In this document: in pieces, positions 47,895 to 58,304 of the stretch
Layout of the letters: the number at the start of each line of letters is the position of its first letter
Numbering within the stretch: the first letter of the stretch is position 1
From: Kiritimatiellia bacterium
GTDB lineage: Bacteria; Verrucomicrobiota; Kiritimatiellia; RFP12; UBA1067
DNA length: 64,000 nucleotides
Assembly (NCBI GenBank): GCA_028686345.1
Contig: JAQUCE010000002.1
Location: forward strand, 42,735-106,734
Direction: 5' to 3'
Notes under the pieces: generated by a model
What the model saw: only the letters and a program-made list of their open reading frames with translations
Told to the model about the DNA's origin: nothing
The model's database searches: none
Made by a program: the position numbers and the translations under genes

Positions 47895-48289
47895 AGCGTT
47901 GGCGCCGCTGACGCTGGGGCAACGTAGCTTTGATTTCCAACCGGGCCACTGACGTTCGGCTGCGCCTTCGGTTTACGATGGCGGCGACGATGCTGGTTGG
48001 CGTTTCCTAAGGGCGTAATTTTTAATCGTAATTCGCAGGCACTGCCACCAGGTCACCATGTCACCATGTCACCATGTCAAAAAACAGCTTGCAGCCTGGA
48101 CTGCGGAGCAACCTGCAAGAGATAAGCCGGAGATCATTTCCATACGCTCTTCGATACCGGCCCCGGCCCCGACTCCAAGTTATGGGCAAAGCGGCAGCCA
48201 AGTGACAAGCGAATCGAAGCTGTAGGGCGGCTGGCCTTGAACGCGCCGGCGGACGACAGTACAGCGCAATGCGAGCCGTAAGCTGCCAG

Positions 48290-48600
48290 GCGATTGACCT
48301 TAAACGCGCCAACCGCGGTCACGGCCCGCGGCTACAGTGCTGCGCAAGCAGAAAGCAACGCGCCAACCGCGGTCACGGCCCGCGGCTACAGTGCTGCGCA
48401 GGGCGGATTGCAAGTTGTTTGCAAACCTTGTAGTATCGGTGTAGTAGCCGCTCTATTTGTCGGGCATAGTTCCGCTTGCGGGACGACATCTGACGAGCGG
48501 CATTGGTTGACGGTGATGTGCGGCGATGCTGGTTGACGATTCTCGCATGGTGCCAATCGTCCACCAACATCGTTGCCGCTATCGTCAACCAGAGGCCTCG
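48290..48600. repeat. Intergenic repeat cluster: a 57-bp direct duplication (48302-48345 / 48359-48402) with CCGCGG palindromes, then family 3 and family 4 fragments. A caccatgt x3 microrepeat lies at 48051-48078.
   Basis: Read directly: cgcgccaaccgcggtcacggcccgcggctacagtgctgcgca occurs twice. Confidence 0.55.
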
Positions 48601-48681
48601 CCTCCATAGGTAAATATTGGTGATCTTTAGATCAGTATAAGAGATATTTTACAAAAAAATGAGTTATAGAAAGGAAGAACC

Positions 48682-49956
48682 ATGACCGAGCAGTGCACCA
48701 TGCTGCATGTTGATGCAGACGGCTTTTTCGCCTCAGTGGAGCAGTCGTTAAACCCTGCCTTGCGCGGCCGGGCGGTTGTGACCGGCGCGGAGCGCGGGAT
48801 TATTGCGGCTGCCAGCTATGAGGCCAAAGCCCTTAAGATTGGACGCGGCATGCAACTGCATGAGGCCAGGGCGCTCTGCCCCAGCCTGGTTGTGCTGCCA
48901 TCTGATTACGAGGCCTACAGCATTTACTCCCGCCGAATCTTCAATATTCTGCGCCGCTTCACCCCCTGCGTTGAGGAGTACTCGATTGACGAGGCCTTCG
49001 CCATTATCGACACAGCCCGCAGCTCTCCTGAGGAGCTCGCCGCCGCGATCCGACAAGCGGTGCGCGAAGAGCTGGGCCTGACAGTCTCGGTCGGGGTCAG
49101 CCTGACCAAAACTCTGGCAAAGCTCTGCTCGAAATTCCGCAAACCGGACAATCAGACGATCCTGCGGCACGAGCATATTCCCGTGATGCTGAAACGCACG
49201 CCCATTGATAAGGTGTGGGGCATCGGCGCGGCGAGCACGGCCAAACTCACCCGACTCGGAGTTCACAGCGCACTGGACTTTATCGGGATGGAGGAGAGCC
49301 AAGTTCGGAAGCTGCTGCACAAGCCGGGCCACGAAAGCTGGCATGAGCTGCGGGGCGCGCGCAGGTTTCGATTGGAGCAGAACCCTCAGCGCAGCTACGA
49401 CTCTATGATGAAGGGCCATACCTTCGCGCCCCCCAGTGGCGATCCGGATTTCATTTTCGCGGAGGCGCTCAACAATCTGGAGCGGGCGTTGGCAAAGCTG
49501 CGTCGCCACCAGCACCGGTGCGGCGAGATCGGCCTGTCGCTGCGCCTCAAAGATTATGATCACCGATCCGCCGCACTGCGGATTGCGCCGCTCTCGGACA
49601 GCAACGCCGCGCTGGTACCGCGCCTGCGCCAGCTCTTTAACGCGCTGTTTGAAGATGGGGCGATCTACCGCTCGACCAATGTCTGGCTGGCAGAGCTGGA
49701 GCCGCCGCACCTGCGTCAGCCCGACCTCTTTGACAACAGCGTTGCGAAGCAGGCGCGCCAGGAGCTTGACCGCAAGGTTGACCAGCTAAACCGGCAGTTT
49801 GGCGGCCAGAGTGTAAAAGCCGCGGCGCTGCTCAATCTCAAAGACAAGCCGTCCCACGCCCGTGACGCGCAACCCGAGCGCTACGGGAGGTTGTTCAAAG
49901 GGGAGAGCCGGATCCGGCACATCAACATCCCGCGGCTGACGCTGGGTGAGGGGTAG
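48682..49956 (+). CDS. Y-family translesion DNA polymerase (UmuC/DinB-like)
   Basis: LHVDADGFFASVEQ (catalytic Asp motif), EYSIDEAF, SVGVSLTKTLAKLCS, 424 aa. Confidence 0.8.
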   Translation: MTEQCTMLHVDADGFFASVEQSLNPALRGRAVVTGAERGIIAAASYEAKALKIGRGMQLHEARALCPSLVVLPSDYEAYSIYSRRIFNILRRFTPCVEEYSIDEAFAIIDTARSSPEELAAAIRQAVREELGLTVSVGVSLTKTLAKLCSKFRKPDNQTILRHEHIPVMLKRTPIDKVWGIGAASTAKLTRLGVHSALDFIGMEESQVRKLLHKPGHESWHELRGARRFRLEQNPQRSYDSMMKGHTFAPPSGDPDFIFAEALNNLERALAKLRRHQHRCGEIGLSLRLKDYDHRSAALRIAPLSDSNAALVPRLRQLFNALFEDGAIYRSTNVWLAELEPPHLRQPDLFDNSVAKQARQELDRKVDQLNRQFGGQSVKAAALLNLKDKPSHARDAQPERYGRLFKGESRIRHINIPRLTLGEG

Positions 49957-50080
49957 GGAAGCGGGAGGAGAGTGGAAACGGCTGTGAATAAATATCAGTT
50001 CTTATTGAACAGTGATCATCATTCGTGGTATTATTCAAAGGTCTTTTGTGGGATGAAATTAAGAAAAAGGAGGAGTAAAG

Positions 50081-51262
50081 ATGGATGTTCGTAAATTGGG
50101 TCTTTTCAGTGTGTGCGGCATGAGCGCAATCGTCTCCCTGGCCGGGCTGTATGGTGACACCCCGGATGCCAGGCACGCTTGGGCAGTGCATGACTGGAAT
50201 CGTCCGTTGCCAGCCAAGATTACAGCTGAGCCGGGCCAGCCGCCCTCGGATGCGGTTATTCTTTTTGACGGCAGCAATCTGGATGCCTGGGAGTCCACCA
50301 AGCGCGGGGGTGGCCCGGCCACCTGGAAGATCCTTGAGGACGGCGCAATGGAGGTGATCGGTGGAAGCGGCGGCATCAAAACCAAAGCGGCCTTCGGTGA
50401 CTGTCAGCTGCACATTGAATGGGCCTCTCCCAAGGAGGTTAAAGGCTCGGGGCAGGGGCGCGGCAACAGCGGTGTTTTTCCAATGAACAGCTATGAGGTC
50501 CAGGTGTTGGACTCCTATGAAACTGAGCTGCTGCCAGATGGCTCGAATAAAAACCCGAACTACGCGGATGGCCAGGCCTCGGCAATCTATGGTGAGAACC
50601 CGCCGCTAGTCAATGCCTGCCGCGCTCCGGGTGAGTGGCAGAGTTATGACATCATCTTTCACCAACCGATCTGGGAGGGCGATAAGCTGAAATACCCTGG
50701 GTCGATGACAGTGTTGCACAACGGTGTTCTGACACAGGATCACTGGGAGATGGAGGGGCTCTCGACCCATTGCCGCCGCCGCGCTCTGGCGCCGCATCCA
50801 ACCAAACTGCCGCTTTCACTGCAGGACCACGGCAATCCAACCCGCTTCCGTAATATCTGGATCCGCGAGATCCCCTCACGCTATGAAAACACAACCCATG
50901 GCGGACCGGCAGTCAACGAGGCCGATGTCTTAGCGCTGCGTCAGAAGACCGCCGGAGAGCTTTTCGCCAAAGCTAATCCTGCTGATTCTAACAAGAAGGG
51001 TGCGCTGGATCGTATGCTCGAGGTTATCTCCTACGATACCGCGGACCAGTATATGAAGATTGTGGACGAGCTCTCTAAGGCCTATATTGCTGAATTAGAT
51101 GCTCTGGACAGCACTGCCATTCAATCCAGGAAGGGCGATGTTCTCTCATTAAAGGGCAGTTGCGATGTACTGACCCGCAATGCAGTTGTGCCTGAAACAT
51201 TCCCGCTCAAGGTGGCTGTTTTGAGAATCATTAAAGCCAATGACTTTGACAAGAAGAAGTGA
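50081..51262 (+). CDS. Secreted DUF1080-like (3-keto-disaccharide hydrolase / LamG-like jelly-roll) domain protein with a C-terminal helical extension
   Basis: Strong RBS AAGGAGG. Signal-like N-terminus. Core GNSGVFPMNSYEVQVLDSYE resembles the DUF1080 signature. Confidence 0.55.
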   Translation: MDVRKLGLFSVCGMSAIVSLAGLYGDTPDARHAWAVHDWNRPLPAKITAEPGQPPSDAVILFDGSNLDAWESTKRGGGPATWKILEDGAMEVIGGSGGIKTKAAFGDCQLHIEWASPKEVKGSGQGRGNSGVFPMNSYEVQVLDSYETELLPDGSNKNPNYADGQASAIYGENPPLVNACRAPGEWQSYDIIFHQPIWEGDKLKYPGSMTVLHNGVLTQDHWEMEGLSTHCRRRALAPHPTKLPLSLQDHGNPTRFRNIWIREIPSRYENTTHGGPAVNEADVLALRQKTAGELFAKANPADSNKKGALDRMLEVISYDTADQYMKIVDELSKAYIAELDALDSTAIQSRKGDVLSLKGSCDVLTRNAVVPETFPLKVAVLRIIKANDFDKKK

Positions 51263-51300
51263 TGGATAAAGCAAAGCTCTGCTGCATGCAAGCGTTGAAA

Positions 51301-51375
51301 TCGGTGTAATAATCCACCGTTTAACGGCGGATTTACTTATTTGCAATATAAGTATGTCCTCCGCTATGCGGTGGA
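51301..51375. repeat. Diverged inverted pair of the ATCCACCG...GGCGGAT core element
   Basis: atccaccgtttaacggcggatttactt-atttgcaatat-aagtatgtcctccgctatgcggtggac. Confidence 0.6.
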
Positions 51376-51489
51376 CAGCAATGATTTCAAAAGGTGCACA
51401 TGATGTCTTAGCGCAGATGCGTGGAAGCTCTGAGTTGAGTGTTCCTGTCCCGTGACCGGGATCTTTTTGCTGTAATTAGATAGCAGCTT

Positions 51490-51640
51490 AATTCCAAAAA
51501 CGCGGTGGACTGCGCGGGGGAACGGTGCTGACCCTGAGGTAAAGGATGCGGCTCAGTTGCTGCTTACACAGGGCGAGAGCGGCCGCGATGTCTCAAAGGC
51601 TTTAAAGGTTGATCCAGGATGTTCCGAACCAGCCAACTAA
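51490..51640 (+). pseudogene. Possible remnant of an IS3-family transposase OrfA N-terminus (HTH region only)
   Basis: In-frame translation gives ..DPEVKDAAQLLLTQGESGRDVSKALKVDPGCSEPAN*, resembling the IS3 OrfA pattern PEFK.EAV.L....G.S...VA..LG. No downstream transposase body is present. Confidence 0.25.
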
Positions 51641-51667
51641 GGATCAGCTTGATGCTGATCCGCTTCT

Positions 51668-52464
51668 TCACCGATTCATTGTCGTGTTTGATTGCGAGGG
51701 ATGCAGTCCTGCGTTTCGCCAGTCATTGACGAGCTTTGCATCGCGGTATTCCTGGTCGGGTGATGCGTAGCAGGCATCCAGAATCAAGAGGCACCCGGGT
51801 TGTTTGGCCGCGGATAACAGGGTTGAGATTTCACTCTGGTTGTCATGGGCATAGAGCGGTCTGTGCAGGCTCCAGAGCTGGTTGTGATCATCTCTTCCGC
51901 AGGCGGCCGCTAAAACCAGTTCGCACGGGAATGCGGCCAGCGCTTTGGCTTGGGCGGTGCGCTCCGTGTCTTGCGCCAGCAGCGCGGCCATTGAAGGCGC
52001 ACCCTTGAAATTCGGCTCGTTGACGGTTTTCACCCAGTGCGCAAGATCGTCGAGGGTGACTGTCCGCAGGATCATCGGTGCGCAGCCAAGGCAGCGGACG
52101 GCTGGGCGTTGTGTCATAGCGGCGGGCAGCGTTACGCCAGCTGCTGATATCTGTCCACTGCGCAATAAAGTTTGTCCGGTTTTCGGGGATGATTTCAAAT
52201 GAATCCGGGCGGCTGGCATCCAGATGGAAGACCGGCTCTGCCGCAGGCTGGCTGTCGGTGACAAAGGGCACGGATGTTTGTAAATGACCTTCCTGCACGT
52301 CGATAGCTCCATAAAATGAGGTCGCGCCCTGCTGTCACGCGTAACACGCCCTCGCTATCCAGTATGCTGTCATTGCTCCAGACACCGCCGCCCAACACCC
52401 ACCCTCCTCCGTTCTGGCTGCCCCATGCCGCGATGATTGTTCCAATCAACGTCAAGCATGACAA
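51668..52464 (-). pseudogene. Gene of unknown function apparently disrupted by at least two frameshifts (ORF pieces 52195-52464, 51888-52298 and 51668-52312 in three different frames)
   Basis: Three overlapping minus-strand ORFs each give protein-like sequence only over part of their length (e.g. GGGWVLGGGVWSNDSILDSEGV; VPFVTDSQPAAEPVFHLDASRPDSFEIIPENRTNFIAQW; LLILDACYASPDQEYRDAKLVNDW). Confidence 0.35.
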
Positions 52465-52528
52465 TTAATTCTTTTTTGGAATAAAAAATGAGGCAGCCCA
52501 GCCGGACGCGCTTGCAGGCGGCCCGAAT

Positions 52529-53932
52529 CTAAGACGAGTGCCGCCCGTCATGCTCCGGCAGCTCAATCCCCAGCGCACGTATCCTGCGAAAAAGCGTCGT
52601 CTTGTGGATGCCCAGCTCTTTGGCCGCTGCCAGGCGGTTGCCGCCAGTGCGTTGCAGCGCCTCGCGAATGGCCCGCGTATCGAGTGCCTCGCGAGCCTCA
52701 CGCAGCCCTTTGGCGCTGGAACTAATCCGGCTGATCCCCATGCCCGTCAACGCCTCGGGCAGATGACTCAAGTCGATGCGCCCGGAGCCGCACAGGATAA
52801 AAGCGCGTTCAATGATGTTCTCCAGCTCGCGCACATTGCCGGGCCAACTGTGCGCCATCAACAACGAAAGCGCTTCGGGCGTGATACCGGCAACTGTCTT
52901 GCTCTGCAACCGGTTGAAATGATCGATGAACTGCTCCGCCAGTAGCGGGATATCCTCCTGGCGACTGCGCAGCGGCGGCAGATCAACGCGCACAACATTG
53001 ATCCTATAGTAGAGGTCCTCGCGGAATGCGCCGGTGCGGCTCTCCTCCAAGAGATCGAGGTTGGTGGCAGCAATCACCCGCACATCCGCCTTCTCGGAGC
53101 TGATTGAACCGAGCGGCTCATAAACGCGTTCCTGAAGCACGCGCAGCAGCCGCACCTGCAACGCCGGGCTGACCTCACCAATCTCATCAAGAAACAGGGT
53201 ACCCCCCTTGGCCAGCGCGAAACGTCCAGGCTTGTCTTTATTAGCGCCGGTAAAGGCGCCCGCTTTGTAACCGAAAAGCTCCGACTCCAGCAGCGTGTCC
53301 GGCAGTGCTCCGCAGCTGACAGCCACAAAGGGTCCGCGGGCCCGCGGACTGAGCGCGTGCAGTGTGCGCGCCATCAGCTCCTTGCCAGTGCCGGTCTCGC
53401 CTTGGATCAGTACCGTGCTGGGGCTCGCCGCAACCGCTGGCAGCACCTCGAACAGCTTTTTCATCACCGGGCTGTGACTAACCAGCTCGCCCACCCGCAC
53501 ACGCCCTGCCAGCTCGCGGCGCAAGGCGTCAATCTCCGAAAGGTCACGAAATGTCTCAGCGCCGCCAATCACGACACCATCCGCATCCTTGAGCACAGCG
53601 GTTGAGATGCTGATCGGAATACGATCCCCCTCGGCGGTGATTATGTAGCCGGATTTACCGATGATCGGGCGCCCTGTTTTTAGCGTCTGCTGCAGTGCGC
53701 ACCCCGCGCCGCACATACTGGAGCGGAAGACTTCGGCGCAGCGCTGGCCGATCGCCTCCTCACGCGGCACGCCGGTGATCTCCTCCGCCGCCCGGTTAAA
53801 CGAGGTCACACGCCAGTTTTCGTCCACGGTGAAAACCCCATCCGAGATACTCTCCAGAATCGCTTCAGTGACATTAAAGTCGCCGGCCCTGGCGCTCAGT
53901 TTGGAGTTCAGCGGTTTTTTTTCAGATTTCAT
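52529..53932 (-). CDS. Sigma-54-dependent transcriptional activator with an N-terminal PAS sensor domain and a C-terminal Fis-type HTH (no receiver domain)
   Basis: PAS ([27 protein letters not shown]), AAA+ Walker [15 protein letters not shown] motif, ESELFG, C-terminal [19 protein letters not shown]. Confidence 0.85.
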   Translation of the reverse strand: MKSEKKPLNSKLSARAGDFNVTEAILESISDGVFTVDENWRVTSFNRAAEEITGVPREEAIGQRCAEVFRSSMCGAGCALQQTLKTGRPIIGKSGYIITAEGDRIPISISTAVLKDADGVVIGGAETFRDLSEIDALRRELAGRVRVGELVSHSPVMKKLFEVLPAVAASPSTVLIQGETGTGKELMARTLHALSPRARGPFVAVSCGALPDTLLESELFGYKAGAFTGANKDKPGRFALAKGGTLFLDEIGEVSPALQVRLLRVLQERVYEPLGSISSEKADVRVIAATNLDLLEESRTGAFREDLYYRINVVRVDLPPLRSRQEDIPLLAEQFIDHFNRLQSKTVAGITPEALSLLMAHSWPGNVRELENIIERAFILCGSGRIDLSHLPEALTGMGISRISSSAKGLREAREALDTRAIREALQRTGGNRLAAAKELGIHKTTLFRRIRALGIELPEHDGRHSS

Positions 53933-54543
53933 TGCCAACAGTATGCCCCTTTTTGAATTTTTCCTCAAGCCGCTTTTTTGAGGGTGATCAACCTATCTTG
54001 ATTTCTAATCGACACATAAATGCGGGCTCCGGATACCCGGGACATTGCCCCGGGCTGTGGTGAATCCGGCCCGTTGGGCCGGTAATACGAAAAATCCTAA
54101 TCAAACAACGACTGCCAGTGGTTGATCGAAAGAGCTAAGGGTTGGGATTAGGATGAGCCACTGGCAACATGTTTTTAAGGAGCAACATGCTTTCATTTAT
54201 GACCTGATAGACTACCGCATTTGAATTGTAGAATCTTTAGCTACGATCCCGGTGCCGCGGCTTTTTGCCAAAGATGCGACTGTCATTGCGTCATGGAAGC
54301 TCTTGACCCCGGTTTTAGAGGCGTGGCGGAACAACCCGGAAAATTATCCATTGCTGAGCTATCCAGCTGGCTCCGATGGCCCTGTTTGAAACAGCCTTCC
54401 TCCTGCTGGACTTTGCTGTAACGTTAATGATATGCTTAAAATTTGTTGGCCCCAATTACACCCCCTAAATAGTTGCAAAATTAACAGGTATGATTCAGCG
54501 CAGTAGCGTTGAACGCGTAGATTGTTAAGAAAAGGAATTAGAC

Positions 54544-55692
54544 ATGGATATGAGCAAACGAGAATTTATGACACGAACAGGGCTGATGGGCGTGGCTGGG
54601 CTTTCGGGTATCGCACCACCTGCTGCTTTGGGACAGAGGGGTGCGCATGGCACCTCTGTCTTTAATGTACGAGATTACGGTGCCAGGGGTGACGGCAAGA
54701 CACCAGACTCGGAGGCCATCCAAAAAGCACTCGATGCTGCCGGCACTGTCAGTGGAACCACCTACTTCCCGGCGGGCAGATATCTTTGCCACGACCTCAA
54801 AGTTGCGGCCCACACCACTGTGCTGGCTGAGCCGCAATGGGGATACCGGGGCGACGCCGGAGCGATGCTAATCCTTGATTCCGAGGAGGCGGAGTGTGTG
54901 CTCAACATCACAGGTGCTTACGGCGTGCACCTCCGGGGCCTTTTTCTGCAGGGACTTCAGGATGCCAAAAAAGCCATCCACGGCATCTTCCTCAACAACG
55001 TTGAAAAATACAGTCCGCAAGAGGACGCGATTGTCATCGACGACTGCAAGGTTGAAAAGTTCTCGGGACACGGTGTGAATCTTTTACGCATTTGGCTTTT
55101 CATCATCCGGCACAGCATCCTGCAAAGAAACAAAGGCTGTGGGGTTCAAATCACCGGCTGGGACGGCTTTGTGACTGATAACCAGTTCTCTGGAAACAAG
55201 AGCCATGGTTTCGGCTGCGAGGGCGTTGGCAGTACCGTCATGTTCACCGCGAACCGCGTAGAGTGGAATGAGGGCTGCGGGCTTTATCTCAACCGCGGAG
55301 ACACATGGAATGTAACCGGTAACTCCTTTGACCGTAACTGGGGCGCTGGCCTCTGTGCGATAAAGATGAACACGACTGCGATCACCGGCAACGTTTTTCG
55401 GCGGTGCGGAAAGGACAGCAACCTGCTGGCTGAGGGGGAGCATTCTTGCCAAGTTCGTCTGGAAGAGTGCAACGGCCTGACGTTTGTCGCTAACTCATGC
55501 GCGGCGGGCCGTGATGACGGAGCGAAGGGCAAGTACACCCCGCAGGTTGGCTTCATACTGCGCAAGCTCAGCTACTCCATTATCTCATCCAACACGCTTT
55601 TCCGAGGTTATATGGATAAAATGTTGGTGGACTTGGGAGATCATGGCAAGGATTATATCTTCACCAACAACGTTGGCTGTCCGATGACCTAG
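54544..55692 (+). CDS. Exported (Tat-like KR signal) right-handed beta-helix protein of the pectate-lyase superfamily (Pectate_lyase_3-like)
   Basis: N-terminal SKREFMTRTGLMGVAGLSG, then VRDYGARGDGKTPDSEAIQKALDAAG, typical of this family. Repeated NxxGxGxxI beta-helix turns. Confidence 0.65.
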   Translation: MDMSKREFMTRTGLMGVAGLSGIAPPAALGQRGAHGTSVFNVRDYGARGDGKTPDSEAIQKALDAAGTVSGTTYFPAGRYLCHDLKVAAHTTVLAEPQWGYRGDAGAMLILDSEEAECVLNITGAYGVHLRGLFLQGLQDAKKAIHGIFLNNVEKYSPQEDAIVIDDCKVEKFSGHGVNLLRIWLFIIRHSILQRNKGCGVQITGWDGFVTDNQFSGNKSHGFGCEGVGSTVMFTANRVEWNEGCGLYLNRGDTWNVTGNSFDRNWGAGLCAIKMNTTAITGNVFRRCGKDSNLLAEGEHSCQVRLEECNGLTFVANSCAAGRDDGAKGKYTPQVGFILRKLSYSIISSNTLFRGYMDKMLVDLGDHGKDYIFTNNVGCPMT

Positions 55693-55990
55693 GGTCATCG
55701 TGAAACATCGTGCAACGCACAGGCAGGCAACCAATTTTTGACAGGATAACAGGATTAACTTGATAAATTATCTCTCACAGAGTCGCAGAGGGCACAGAGA
55801 GCAAAAGTGTATACTCTGAGAACTCTGTGCCTTCCCCGTCATGGCGTAGTTCCGCTTGCGGGACGAAGCCTGATGCGAGAGATAGAAAACGTGCATAAAA
55901 AACAAGAATATGAATGATAGTAGTACAGAGCAGTATTATTTCTATAAACCCTGTGCATTGATCTTAAAAAACCGCTTCAGGGCACAAAAA

Positions 55991-56083
55991 AAGCCTGTAT
56001 TCATTGGGTTAAATCAACAAATACAGGCTTTAAGATGGTAGCGGGGACCGGATTTGAACCGATGACCTTCAGGTTATGAGCCT
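55991..56083. other. attL: ~93-bp direct repeat duplicating the terminator plus the 3' 48 nt of the tRNA-fMet gene. This is the left boundary of the integrated element.
   Basis: aagcctgtattcattgggttaaatcaacaaatacaggctttaagatggtagcggggaccggatttgaaccgatgaccttcaggttatgagcct matches 62694-62786 with 3 mismatches. Confidence 0.8.
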
Positions 56084-56236
56084 AACACCATACCACAGCC
56101 GCACCCCTATAAACAAAGGCTTTCGTTTTCTTGAAATATCCATTTGTGCGTTTATTTGTGTTTTGTGTTTGTGTTTTATTCCAGTTCATGCCATAGTGTA
56201 ACCATGTGTTAAACCAATAACGAAAGCGGGTTAATT

Positions 56237-57823
56237 ATGGCACTTGAAATCAGGAAAAACACCAAAGGCGACATTATAGGGCACTGGTACGGAGCTTATA
56301 CCGATGCCAACGGGAAGCGGCGAATTGTGCCACTGTCAGAACAGATACCACCGAACAGTTACCCCGGCGCAGTGAAGCAGACCGGAAGCCCATTGTTTGA
56401 AGCAAGCAGGGCACGGGCTGAAAAGGAGCTGGAAGAGATCAGAACCGAAGCAGCGCAGCGGGGACGGGTTGACCACTTGACCGAGCGGTTAATTCAGAGT
56501 AAGACAGGGCGCAAGGTTGACTATGTGAAGCTGGCAGACTTGCCGGCCAAATGGCGCAAGGTAGGACGCAGCCGAAAACCGTCTAAAGAGTGGATGCAGA
56601 ACTGTGACGGCATTTTCAGCAAGTTTGCAGAATCGGTACCATGTCAATTCTTGTATGAGGTGACCAGCGACCAGGCCGCCGTCTATCTGGAGACACTAAA
56701 GCAGCGGGTGACCCTGAAAACAGCCAACGGCACACTTCAACTATTGAAGGCCGCCTTCACTCGCTTTCTACCAACGGGAGCGGTAAACCCGTTTAATGAT
56801 CTAATCGGAGGGAGCGACCCCGACACCGTCCACCGCCGTCCCTTCACAGCTCCGGAACTTACACGGCTATTTGAAGCCGCTAGCAGTGACAGCTTTATGC
56901 ACCCCTTGATAGTTTGCGCAGCTTGCAGCGGACTCAGGCGCGGGGACGTATGCCGCCTAACATGGGATAGCGTCAACTTAACCGAAGGCGTGTTATCCAT
57001 TAAGCGAACCTCTAAGACGGGCGCGGGGGTTGAGATACCAATATTCAAGCCGTTGCGGGAAGTCCTAGAAGCCGCCTTATCAGAAAAGGACGAAGGGCAA
57101 AGGTATGTTTTCCCAGAAGCGGTTAAAATGCTGAAAGCGAACCCGGACGGATTGACATGGAGGTTTAAGAAGATAGCAGCCGCCGTAGTTTGTCCAGAAG
57201 GCGACCCAGACAGCCCACAGGCCGCAACCCTTGCCGATGTATTGCCGGAAGTCTTGAAGGCCGTAGCGGGGACGCTGGACGGCAAGCGGCGCGACAGGGT
57301 GACGGATTGCCTTGAACGGTACGCAGACGGGCAAAGCATACGCGACATTGAAAAGGAGACCGGGCGTTATCGCTCCCAGGTATCAAGCGACTTGCACCAA
57401 GCAGAAGAGATCAGCGGGTTTTTGTTTATGCCGTTGCCTGCTGGAGGGGAAAGCAGCAAGGCACTAATCAATAGAGCGACACGCGGCACAAAAAAGGGAC
57501 GGGCGCGGCGGTCTTCAACCGTTGATTGGCACTCGCTCAGGACTACATGGGTAACGCTGGCACTGTCAGCCGGGGTACCGATGGAGATATGCCGACGGGT
57601 GACAGGCCATAAAACGGTTGAGACTGTACTAACTCACTATTTCAGGCCAGGGCGCGACCACCTGAAGGCGGTATTAGGGGAAAAGCTACCGGACGTTTTA
57701 ACGGGCAATAATAACACCCTACCAGCAGCCGGGCCGGACGTTTCAGCACTTGCGGCGCAACTGGCAAATTTGACAAGTTTTGAACGGGAGAAAATAAAAG
57801 AGATATTAAATAATCAGCCTTAA
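56237..57823 (+). CDS. int: Tyrosine-type site-specific integrase (large, 528 aa)
   Basis: Catalytic R (LRRGDVCRLTWDS), HxxR (WHSLRTTWVT), H...Y (GHKTVETVLTHYF). Located next to the tRNA att site. Confidence 0.85.
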   Translation: MALEIRKNTKGDIIGHWYGAYTDANGKRRIVPLSEQIPPNSYPGAVKQTGSPLFEASRARAEKELEEIRTEAAQRGRVDHLTERLIQSKTGRKVDYVKLADLPAKWRKVGRSRKPSKEWMQNCDGIFSKFAESVPCQFLYEVTSDQAAVYLETLKQRVTLKTANGTLQLLKAAFTRFLPTGAVNPFNDLIGGSDPDTVHRRPFTAPELTRLFEAASSDSFMHPLIVCAACSGLRRGDVCRLTWDSVNLTEGVLSIKRTSKTGAGVEIPIFKPLREVLEAALSEKDEGQRYVFPEAVKMLKANPDGLTWRFKKIAAAVVCPEGDPDSPQAATLADVLPEVLKAVAGTLDGKRRDRVTDCLERYADGQSIRDIEKETGRYRSQVSSDLHQAEEISGFLFMPLPAGGESSKALINRATRGTKKGRARRSSTVDWHSLRTTWVTLALSAGVPMEICRRVTGHKTVETVLTHYFRPGRDHLKAVLGEKLPDVLTGNNNTLPAAGPDVSALAAQLANLTSFEREKIKEILNNQP

Positions 57824-58004
57824 ACCGCCTTAAGTTTTAATGCCGTTTCATCACGTAACCCTTGCATTTGCAGGGGTTTGTTTGTTTCTAGCAATAATCG
57901 GTTTGTGATCGTGTGACCCCTTCATGCCGTAGAAAGCCGCCTAAATAGCGTTCACCATTTTTACACGTTGGCTATAGGTGAACGTGTAACGGTAATGAAG
58001 CCGC

Positions 58005-58304
58005 TTGCATGAAACGAAAGGCGACCATATGACCACAGAGAACCGAATACAGGCGATACTAATAGCCGACCCCGTCAAGCTGGCACAGATTGACAGCATA
58101 CTGACAGGTACGCACACAGAAGCAGCACCAAGCGACCGCCGTTTGTTGACCAAGACGGAAGCCGCTAAAACGCTAGGCATGTCACGTCAAACGATTTGGC
58201 GCATGATTAAAGAGGGACGCTTGCCCGTGATCGAGATCCGGCGCGGACAGCACCGCATACCAAGCGCGGCACTAACTTCAATGCTTCAGGAGGTGAACCA
58301 GTGA
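58005..58304 (+). CDS. Excisionase / AlpA-like HTH DNA-binding protein
   Basis: LLTKTEAAKTLGMSRQTIWRMIKEGRLPVIEIRRGQHRI matches the Xis/AlpA (HTH_17) family pattern. It follows the integrase. Confidence 0.6.
   Translation: MHETKGDHMTTENRIQAILIADPVKLAQIDSILTGTHTEAAPSDRRLLTKTEAAKTLGMSRQTIWRMIKEGRLPVIEIRRGQHRIPSAALTSMLQEVNQ

Noticed and set aside
53968-54543. Sigma-54 (-24/-12) promoter for the gene divergent from the sigma-54 activator
   Set aside because: TGGCAC-N5-TTGCA-like spacing was searched by eye. Candidates (e.g. ttggcccc...ttgcaa, tggcaacatgttttt) have wrong GG-GC spacing. No convincing site found.
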